Part shown: in pieces, positions 54,510-64,000 of the stretch
Numbering within the stretch: position 1 is the stretch's first letter
Layout: each line of letters starts with the position of its first letter
From: Octopus vulgaris
Taxonomy: Eukaryota
Assembly: GCA_951406725.2 (NCBI GenBank)
Contig: OX597834.1
Coordinates: forward strand, 620,001 to 684,000
Direction: 5' to 3'
DNA length: 64,000 nt
Program-made: the position numbers and the translations under genes
Notes under the pieces: generated by a model
The model's database searches: none
The model's input: the letters and a program-made list of their open reading frames with translations, nothing else
What the model was told of the DNA's origin: nothing

Positions 54510-54899
54510 GGCCTGGCTGTGTGGTAATGAGCTAACTTCTCAACCAAATGCTTCCGGTTTCAATTTCCTGCTGCGTGGTATTTTGCGCAAATGTCTTCTA
54601 CTATAGCCTCATAGCGATAAAAATGCCTTGTGAAAGGATTTGGTAGACGGGAACTGAAAGAAGCGCGTCCTATATATGTATGTGTGTGCGTGTGTATGAA
54701 TGTATGTATGTGTCTGTGTGTCTGTACCCACGTCATCGCTTGACAACCGATAATGGTGTGTTTACTTCTCCGTAACTTAGCACTTCGGCAAAAGAGAGCG
54801 AAAGAATAAGTTACAGACAATAAGTCCCGGGGTCGATGTGCTCCACTAAAGGTGGTGCACCAGCGTAGCCGCCGTCAAATGACTGTAACAGGTAAAAGA
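54510..54899 (+). mobile_element. SINE family A, full length
   Basis: Colinear with 19406-19824. Confidence 0.9.
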
Positions 54900-54939
<40 letters not shown>

Positions 54940-55096
54940 TATGTAACAGAACGACCTCGAACCCACAAGAGTAAAAAAGAGAGACAGAGACAGGCAGAAA
55001 CAAGGAAAATGCCCCTTATATTTGAATATTACGCAAATATTCTTTTAAAAAACTTTTCTTTTAATTTTTCCAAAATTTAATTGTTTTCCATGCTTA

Positions 55097-55132
55097 CAGT
55101 TGAAAAAGTCTTAATGACTGAAACCGGTACTG
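55097..55132 (+). ncRNA. Degenerate minimal hammerhead ribozyme
   Basis: CAG-UUGAAAA(mutated CUGAAGA)-AGUC(UUAAU)GACU-GAA-ACCGGU-A-CUG; all stems intact. Confidence 0.55.
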
Positions 55133-55655
55133 AAATGTTTTTTATAAAATCATTTCAGCATTTTCTACTTTGTCTTTTTTTCCATATACAAACATTATGG
55201 ACATTATATCATAGAAGCCAAGTTAATATATGAGTGAAGATTCTGTCAATACTTTTATGTTGCGAGGCATATAAAGGATGGCTTAATATTTCGGACATTA
55301 GTTCTTCATCAGATAAAGAAGACGTGCGAAAAGAAAACGTGAAGAGAACAAATGAAAAGAAGGCTATACACCTGTAAAACTTAAGTTTCCTTCAAAATGG
55401 AAATGGTCGGAAATTAGAATGAAAAATAACACAGATTCAAACACAGAGTGGGAGTGGTTAGGGAAAGATGATGAATCAATGTACCTGTGAATGTGTGTGT
55501 CTGTATATGTAGCATTTTTGTAGTGATTACATATTTGTGCATGTAGCAGTGTTGCTTCAGAGGAGGCGAGATGTGAGTCCGTTCGATTGATTTATAGGCG
55601 GCTGTAAATTTAGAGTATCCATGTAGGAGTTTATTATCTGTGTGTATATATGAGA

Positions 55656-55712
<57 letters not shown>

Positions 55713-56068
55713 CATATATATGAGTGGGGTGTATAAATATATAAATATATATATAATATATATGTACATATAATATACATGTATACAAAGATGGAGAATA
55801 CATATATCTACGCACACATACATACAACCAATATTCACACACACACACATTTTAATTTGTGAATTATTCGTTCATGTGTGTAAGTATATGTATGTTCATT
55901 GGTAAGTTTGGTTGAATGGATAGATGGATCGATGGACGTTTGTGTGTGGGTGTACATATAATATATATATGTATAAATACGGAAATGGAGACATGTATAT
56001 ATCTACACACAAACACACACTCACATGTATATATGTGTGTGTACATATGTGTGTATATATATATATAT

Positions 56069-56109
56069 ACTAGCATTATGACACGGCATTGCCGGGTCAT
56101 AGTGCTAGT
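56069..56109. other. 41-nt hairpin with ACTAG/CTAGT ends, Helitron-terminus-like
   Basis: actagcattatgacacggca-t-tgccgggtcatagtgctagt directly after (TA)n. Confidence 0.55.
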
Positions 56110-56318
56110 TTGGTATAAATGTAAATAAAAAATTTAGGGTAATAAAACATACAATGACATATTAAAAAGACGAATTAAAATTCCAGAGAAAAATACAGAA
56201 AAGATAAATATACAAATTTACAAAAATGCATAAAAATGCACCAATTAATATGAAACATATCATATATTTAAAATTGACACTCCCCTCGTCAGGATGTTTT
56301 TTTACACACAACACATCG

Positions 56319-57924
56319 TTTCTTTATTACCCATAAAGGGCTACACAGAGGGGACAATACAAACATTGGGGATATAAAATATTACAATTACATAAATATG
56401 GAAAATGAAATATGAAAATGAAAAGTGAAAGTGATGCTAACGGCCCCATCCGCTAGCATCACTTACCTGTCCTTCATACTTTATCCTGAATGTAATACAC
56501 ATTGTGCTCTATTTTCATCTCAAATCTCTTTTCCATTTCTGTTATTATCTCGTCATCTATTTCAAATCTAAACAATTTATAGTTTTTCTTTTTACATTTT
56601 TCCACGAATTCTTCCATACGTTCTTCCGAGATTACAGCGTACCTATCACTGTCCTTGTCACACCAGTGATAGTCTTTCAATATTTCTTTTACGTCTTTTT
56701 CCCTCGAAATACCTAGAAAATTGGGCCTAGGTTTTTTTTGCGGTATCTTGTCTGTTTGCTTCTTTTTTTTGTTTTCTTGTTGGTGGGGAGCGGGTGGGCT
56801 CACCGTCTGCAGGGGAAGGGTGGATCACGGAGGGTGCGGGTGGTGTTGGGGTGGATTGGGGTTCAGCACTATTTATTTTTTCCTTCTTTTCCTCCTTCTT
56901 CTGCCTTCTTCCCATTCTTTTTGTACCTCCTCCTCTTCCGTTGTGACATTCTCCGTTGATTTCTGCTCTTCCTCGTTGGCCACTACCTCTCTTTGAGGTT
57001 TCGCATCAATTTCCTTTGATGGGGGAGGGCAGTTAGCTCTTATGTGACCTTTCAGGCCACACTTGTAGCAGCGTGGAGCTCTGCCCTCCACCCACACTCT
57101 CATAATAACACTTCCCGTTCTGATATTCTCAGTCAATTGTTCCAATATTTTAGCTTCAGCTTGCAAGTTTAATTCCAAAACTGCACCCTTCCAGCCTCCT
57201 TCATCTTTCACTGTAGCATGGAGGATGTCAACTTCTTCCTCACATCCACTGATTACGGCTGCCACTATCCACCCTCCGTCAACATTAGGAGGTATCCCCT
57301 CCACCCAGATATGAGGGCAGAAGGAACACCTTTTCTGTCTTCACCGTTCTCGCTGCCATTTTCCTCGCCACACTTTCATTCTTGAATTGGATCTCCACGG
57401 TACCGAAACTTATGCCTCTTGCCAAGAATATTATGTCTTCTTCCGTTCTTTTTAATGCTTCTTCTATTGTTTCCATACCGACGACTTCTGTTTTCTTTTT
57501 TCCATTGGCTTAAACCCGGCACGTGATGGTCCTTCGTCCATGCCACTCTCCTCGTTTTGGTGGCGGTGACAACTCCACTTCACCGCCGACCTTTTTAATA
57601 ATTGCCTGGTAGCTTGGCAACTTGGCCAAGTCTATTTCTCTTTCCTCCGTTCTTGTCGCTCCTGCGTATGTGTTGCCTAATTGCTTGTCCATTTTCTTTA
57701 TCGCCTTTCCAAGTTCTTCTTCAGAAGTCGATAAATCCGACACACTTTCGTACATACTTCTTCTGGCCATCCCTCCCTTAGGGAGGGGCAGCCCACTTCT
57801 TCCTTATCTGTCTCAACACAGACAGACAAAAACCCAAAAAGCCGTGTAACAATAACGTTTAATGATAAAAATTATCAATCAACAATTAAACAGCAACTCA
57901 CAGGTTCAAATAAGAAGCACAATA
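56319..57924 (-). mobile_element. ORF1-only non-LTR retroposon (HAL1-like) with 15-bp TSD
   Basis: TSD acacacaacacatcg (56304-56318) / acacacaacacatag (57925-57939); single gag-like ORF; 3' hairpin, U-rich UTR and AATAAA; no ORF2. Confidence 0.8.
56474..57770 (-). pseudogene. L1/Tx1-type ORF1 (gag-like) with CCHC zinc knuckle, disrupted by one stop and frameshifts
   Basis: Track ORFs 57510-57770, 57285-57476, 56873-57304 and 56474-56803 join into about 430 aa; RVWVEGRAPRCYKCGLKGHIRANCP; basic RRRRKR patch. Confidence 0.85.
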
Positions 57925-58369
57925 ACACACAACACATAGCACACGGAAACAAATGCACAATTACATACCTGCTACATGCGAAAGACCAGACATTACGTAC
58001 TCCCAAAAATTCTCATAGATACTGAATGCTACTTTATAAGCATATAATTCAATCTAGCAGCTATAGTAACTGGACTAATTCACTTCTGCACTCAATTAAA
58101 TTTTTTCATCTTTTAATTTCTCCCATTCATGCAAAGCCACATATTCGAGTTCAAGTCCTTGATACATTTTATACTAATTGCTATTTTTTCTTTTAATTGT
58201 TATATTTCGATTTAATTACCATTTTAATAAAATAAAATATATTTAATTACTACTTACTGTATTTAATTCAATTATTATTATTACCTCTAACTTTTATTGC
58301 AATTTTTATTTCTAAATTGCATATGGAATATATGCGTACAATATATTTTTATATGATGTTTATATATTT

Positions 58370-58674
58370 ATCACGTGATCACGTGACCGACCAGATCATC
58401 AGACGTTGTTACACATCGCTGGTCACAATGCGTTCGCATTGCTTTAGCCTTCTATGACGCCACCCCGCTGGCTAAGCGAGCAGGCCAACAGAAGAAAGAG
58501 TGGGAGAAAGAGTGGTGAAAGAGTACAGCAGGGATCACCACCCCCTGCCGGAGCCTCGTGGAGCTTTTAGGTGTTTTCGCTCAATAAACACTCACAACGC
58601 CCGGTCTGGGAATCGAAACCGCAATCCTATGACCACGAGTCCGCTGCCCTAACTACTGGGCCATTGCGCCTCCA

Positions 58675-58676
<2 letters not shown>
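58370..58676 (-). mobile_element. tRNA-derived SINE with RTE-derived 3' tail
   Basis: Head gtggaggcgcaatggcccagtagttagggcagc...ggtttcgattccc; tail similar to the RTE end at 40710-40770; terminal (cacgtgat) repeats. Confidence 0.85.
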
Positions 58677-58738
<62 letters not shown>

Positions 58739-58914
58739 ACATACAATAGAGAGATGTTTTTGTTTCACTTTTAACACGTAATACTGAAATAGTGGAGAAG
58801 ATATGATATTGCTGTGGGCTCGCTCTAGGCAAGAATTTAAACATTTTTTTTTGCACATGACACTACATGGACCCTAAGTTAGGCATTCTCAGTTTTATAT
58901 ATATATATATATAT

Positions 58915-58965
<51 letters not shown>

Positions 58966-59553
58966 AATTGAGATAGGGGTTGTAAATGCAACCCCCCATG
59001 CGATAACATATATCCAATATACTGCCAGTGAAGTACCCAACAAAGTTAATACGTAAATGTAAAGAATTGCGATGCAATTATTTCATTTACTGTATTATAT
59101 GGGCAAAGGTAAAGTGATTTACCACAAATTCATAATACAAAATAAGAAAATGGAGAAATACATCGAAATCAAATATCAATTATATAAGTAAAATAAGACA
59201 TACTTATCTGCATCGCCGAAACAGCTGTAAGATGTAGTCTATATTTATATTTATGTGTACTTATATTTACATTCTCTTATACATATTCTACTTATTGTAT
59301 AACATTACTCTTTTATGTACACTCCTTTATTGTACACTGTTTTGTTCTACATCATTATGTTTAACCATATAGTTTCTTATGTGGTGGTTTAATAAAGTAT
59401 GTGATTAAGTATTATCTGGTAATTGATATTTGATTTCGATGTATTTCTCCATTTTCTTATTTTATATATATATATATAAAGAGAAACATGCACACAGACA
59501 CACACTCACATGTATATATGTGTGTACATGTGTATATATATATATATATATGC

Positions 59554-59629
<76 letters not shown>

Positions 59630-59820
59630 ATTATTTTCAGCGTAAACTAGAGAGCTAACTCTCATTCACACATTGAAATGTATAAGAATAGAAATAAGAT
59701 GTTTCCAGTTTGGCAAATATAGAGATCGTGACGTAATATCGACCAAATGGGTTTTACCTCTGCCTGCAGTCGTCCGATCTCCATCTCAAATTAACGTCCA
59801 TACTTACAATCGAGATTGAT

Positions 59821-59954
59821 AGTTGGCGAACAGAACAATGAAAGCGTGAGCCGAGGCGTTCTATTGATTTGCCTGTGTTTGCCTAATCAAGTGAAATTTC
59901 CAAATAATTCAGGTATGCTTGCCTTGAATGTCAATGACCCAGTGAACAGGTTTT
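59821..59954 (+). repeat. Diverged direct repeat, copy 2 (see 51739-51872)
   Basis: Same shared blocks as copy 1. Confidence 0.75.
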
Positions 59955-60230
59955 AAAACGGAGCAACTTTATAGCAAACAATAGGTGCCATTGAGGATGG
60001 TGATGATGGCGGCGATGTTGGCGGTGGTGTTTGTGGTGGCGGAGGAGGAATTTACAGACGCTGTGTCAGTTCATTTGAAGACATCGTTGTCAAATAGCGT
60101 TAATACATGTTCATACAATTATAGATTCGCACTTCTGGGTTATTGGTTCTGTTTACCATGTTCATGTTGCCATTGTTAGTTAAATGTTTAAATAAAATCA
60201 AACTTCGCTTAGCTTGTTCAGTTCGCACTT

Positions 60231-60270
<40 letters not shown>

Positions 60271-60389
60271 CTGCTTTTTTTTCACTTCTTCCTCCTCCCC
60301 TTTTCTATCTTCTTCGTTACAACGTTATGTACAACACACGCCACGAATATATTCTTGTGTTAGTGTACTACTACTATTAATAATAATAA

Positions 60390-60568
60390 TCGTTTCTACT
60401 ATAGGCAAAAAGCCTGCAATTTGGGGACGGGGTAGGTCGCTTACATTGACCCCAGTGTTACAGTGGTACTTAACATATCGACCCTGAAAGGATAACAGGC
60501 AAAGTCAGCCTCAGCAGAATTTCAACTCAAGCATTTTGCTCGGTATGCTAAGAATTCCGCCAGCTCAC
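60390..60568 (-). mobile_element. SINE family B
   Basis: Reverse-complement core and head in AAT context. Confidence 0.8.
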
Positions 60569-60573
60569 ATCGT

Positions 60574-60838
<265 letters not shown>

Positions 60839-60879
60839 AGATGGGCTACAGAAAATATTCTGCTCAATAACAGATTTGC

Positions 60880-61298
60880 ATGTCAGTTGCTTGACCATAA
60901 CCAGTTGAGTATGTCCCTTGGTGGCTGACTATATGTGCATCTCTGATCCTGATCTGAAGTAGTCGGGGAGCAACACCTAGCCATGTGTTGAGTGGAATTA
61001 TTTGGGGTTTAAATAATTCAACTCTAGAAACATGTCTGTTCCATTCAACATCATTAAACAAATCTTATTCAGGGATCTTTTGACCTAATGGGTTACTCTA
61101 CCTGAAGATAATTCTAACTGGGCACCACCAGCAAGGTAATGTGCTATTTATATTGAGATGAGATCACCATGTCGCGCACATATGTTTGTGATGCATGTGC
61201 CTGGTGTACCCCTATCAGACGAGTAGTCATGATGAGTATACTGGGCTTCGCGTATTTTACCCATCGTCACTTTGATGGTCTGCACTGCTCTCTTACTC
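60880..61298 (+). mobile_element. Dispersed repeat / SINE-like family D
   Basis: Longer copy of 45677-45930; flanked by (AAT)n. Confidence 0.75.
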
Positions 61299-61365
61299 AA
61301 TAATAATAATAATAATAATAATAATGATAATAATGATAATAATAGTGATAATAATAATAATAATG

Positions 61366-61410
<45 letters not shown>

Positions 61411-61417
61411 GTAATAA

Positions 61418-61479
<62 letters not shown>

Positions 61480-61497
61480 ATAATGATAATAATTATG

Positions 61498-61558
<61 letters not shown>

Positions 61559-61570
61559 TAATAATAATAT
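61299..61570. repeat. (AAT)n/(AGT)n microsatellite
   Basis: Direct reading. Confidence 0.98.
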
Positions 61571-61689
61571 CCTTCACTCGTACTACGACCCTGAGTGTGT
61601 CTCGGCAAGTGTTTGTAAGAAACGTGCAGATTAAAAGTAAATAACAGTAATAATAATAATATGTATAATTAAAAAACATTCAGATAAAT

Positions 61690-61880
61690 ACATAAGCAAA
61701 ACACGAATGTATATAACAAGGAAAATAGCACAACTAGGCAAAACACTTTCCTAGGCAAAACACTTTCAATAGAGTGAAAATAAGAGCACCACAACAAACC
61801 ACAGCACATACCCAAGGCACTCAAAGCTGCGCTTGGGAGGGCAGTGAAAGCCACGTGATAAGAATAAGACTACTGAAAAA
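61690..61880 (+). mobile_element. R4/Dong-like LINE extreme 3' end
   Basis: KIAQLG...KTLSIE* plus a UTR matching 37690-37770. Confidence 0.55.
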
Positions 61881-61907
61881 TAATGATGATGATAATAATG
61901 AGAATAA

Positions 61908-62512
61908 TGACACCCGAGTCTGGAACTAAGGGATTTAAATTGTAACATTTTTTTGGTACTTTCCAGTACATACAGAACTAGCCATCAACGTCAATAAACC
62001 GGTTATAGTTGTTAAAGACCAAAACTATAGAAAGCTTGTTTATTGATCGAAACGAATATTTTCTGTGATCATAATATCTCAGCAAAAAGAATTTGACAAG
62101 CTCAGAAAAAATATAAAGATTTGGTCATTGAAATTGGAAAACAATATGGCATCTCAATGCGGTTTCAGTACCAGTGATTGTAGGAGCACTAGGAATGATA
62201 ATAAAAAAACCAGATTGGAAATTATTTAAGAATGATCCTTGGCTTACCATCCAGGCAAGAAGTACAAAATATTGTTTTAACTGAGAGGTCCCACATTGTC
62301 AATGGGAAAACGATTAATACCCATGCATTATATTTTTCTTAATAGTTACATTTTTTAAAATTTTCTTTACATAATTTCATTTTATTTTCAAAATGAACAA
62401 TTTGGTACGTTTAGTTTTATGGCCTATCAATGTTTACAGTGGGTTCCTTTGTCCCAGGGGTCGGGAAGACACTCAGTAAGAAATGGAAACAAAATTGAAA
62501 GAAGGAAAACTC
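61908..62512 (+). mobile_element. R4/Dong-like LINE 3' fragment (REL endonuclease plus UTR)
   Basis: WYFPVHTELAINVNKPVIVVKD...LLIE...CDHNISAK...YKDLVIEIGK...SVPVIVGALGMI...QEVQNIVL. Confidence 0.8.
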
Positions 62513-62523
62513 ATAACAATAAT

Positions 62524-62900
62524 AATCCTTTCTACTACAGGCATGAGGCCTGGAACCCGGGGGGATGGATAAGTCGATTACATCAACCCCAGTGCTTGAC
62601 TGGTGCTTACTTTATCGACCCCGAAAGGACGGAAGGCAAAGTCGGCCTCAGTAGAATTCGCAATCAGAATGTAAAAACGGATGCCCAACGTTTTAAAGAT
62701 TCTGCGGGCTCGCTGTTTTAATGATAATAATAATGATTTCAAATTTTGCCACAAGGGCAGCAATTTTAGGAGGAGATAAGTCAATTACATCGACTCCGGT
62801 GTTTCACTGGTAATTAATTTATCGACCCTGAAAGGCAAAATCGATCTCAGAACGTACCGCTAAGCATTTTTCCCGGCGTGCTAACGATTCTGCCACCTTA
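62524..62900 (-). mobile_element. Tandem dimer of SINE family B
   Basis: Two units (62524-62720 and 62733-62900) separated and flanked by (AAT)n. Confidence 0.85.
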
Positions 62901-62924
62901 ATAATAATAATAATAATAATAATA

Positions 62925-63213
62925 ACAAGAGCACTGAGAAAGCGCAAACCTCCGCCAAGGTAACACCAATGTCCTCTCAACGATCAGCTGGAGAGGATTT
63001 TTAAAACAAGAATATCTGAAAGACCGCTATCAAAAGTTCTGGAAAAATAATCCAGAATTCTTGTCCTGTACCAGATTGTTCCCAAAATCTAATCAGTTCG
63101 TGCAGGTACCAAGGCGAAACATCCCTGAAAGTTTCATCCGAATCCATCCAGCAGTTCTTGATATATTTTGTCCACGGACAAACAATCAAACGATACCTCT
63201 GCCTTCGCTAAGG
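62925..63213 (+). mobile_element. Non-autonomous Helentron/DINE-like (HINE-type) element, putative
   Basis: aacaagag start, acctccgcc near the 5' end with acctctgcc-ttcgctaagg at the 3' end, aaaatctaatcagttc and aagtttcatccgaatcc body. Confidence 0.5.
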
Positions 63214-63475
63214 AAGAAAGACAAGTCGATAGATATGAGAGGTTAGCTTGGGAATTTAAGCAGTTTTGGTCGCTGAAAAAGCCGATGGTAGTAACAATAA
63301 TTGTCTTGAGAAGCACATGCAACAAATAGGGGCTACAGTAAGGGTGGAACACTTGCAGAACCGCTGGAATATTCCGGATGGTGCCCGAAAAATAAGGGGT
63401 GTTACTTTAAACTCACTGATAGCGAGCAGCTGATACCGTAGTACATCTCCAGCGTTAGAAGCTGTGCAAAGACAA

Positions 63476-63477
<2 letters not shown>
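63214..63477 (+). mobile_element. R4/Dong-like LINE 3' fragment
   Basis: ERQVDRYERLAWEFKQFWSLKKPMVVTIIV...IGATVRVEHLQ...; ends in (AAT)n. Confidence 0.7.
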
Positions 63478-63545
<68 letters not shown>

Positions 63546-63547
<2 letters not shown>

Positions 63548-63753
63548 CTGCTCATATCCTACGCAAAATACTTTCTATGTAATCTCAAGTTTTAAAATAA
63601 ACATAATTTTCTTATGGTTTTTTAGACATTCACTAGTACAACACTATGTACAAAACCAAATATATGGCACCCTAGGCATAACACCAACATGAACTTCCAG
63701 CTTGTTGTCTCTTGAGGTCTCTGGGTGAGACTTGGAGCTAGCATAAGTCAAAC

Positions 63754-63757
<4 letters not shown>
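63546..63757 (+). mobile_element. R4/Dong-like LINE extreme 3' end
   Basis: TAHILRKILSM* plus UTR, between two (AAT)n tracts. Confidence 0.65.
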
Positions 63758-63807
<50 letters not shown>

Positions 63808-63810
<3 letters not shown>

Positions 63811-63887
63811 TAATTGTTATCGCCATATTAATATGGCATTCTTATAGATATAAGAATGCCATATTAATATGGCGATAACAATTAATT
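63808..63887. repeat. Perfect 80-bp palindrome (39-bp arms, GA loop)
   Basis: Arms checked base by base. Confidence 0.97.
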
Positions 63888-64000
63888 TCCAGTAAACGCT
63901 GCCGTAATCTCTTTTATAGAGACTTAGTAATTTTAATATTTCTATTATTGAAAACAAGTGGATGTATTCCACTGAAACTAGGTAAATAGAAACCTTCGAA

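Noticed and set aside
59190-59240. Hammerhead 3' half (GAAACAGCUGUA); similar partials near 7214, 43930, 44715 and 45005
   Set aside because: Core and/or stems missing, so they cannot be distinguished from chance or heavy decay

Overview
This is AT-rich, microsatellite-saturated animal DNA with no credible host protein-coding exon. The repeat complement points to a coleoid cephalopod, most likely Octopus; this is pattern recognition, not a search result. Nearly all ORFs in the track are artefacts of (TA)n, (TG)n, (TATG)n and (AAT)n repeats or of a 3.25 kb array of 33-bp units (32482-35734) next to a 100-N gap. The real content is mobile DNA: at least 4 SINE families, at least 8 3' fragments of R4/Dong-type REL-endonuclease LINEs sitting in (AAT)n tracts, an RTE LINE 3' end, L1/Tx1 ORF2 remnants, Penelope-like GIY-YIG remnants, mariner and hAT remnants, and MITEs. 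Four items stand out. (1) A 1.6 kb ORF1-only (HAL1-like) retroposon with a 15-bp TSD, CCHC knuckle, 3' hairpin and AATAAA (56319-57924). (2) Several minimal type I hammerhead ribozymes of Penelope-like pseudo-LTRs, some with non-canonical cores, including an inverted pair. (3) Polarised nesting of elements in (AAT)n tracts. (4) A perfect 80-bp nested palindrome. All alignments and folds were done by eye.
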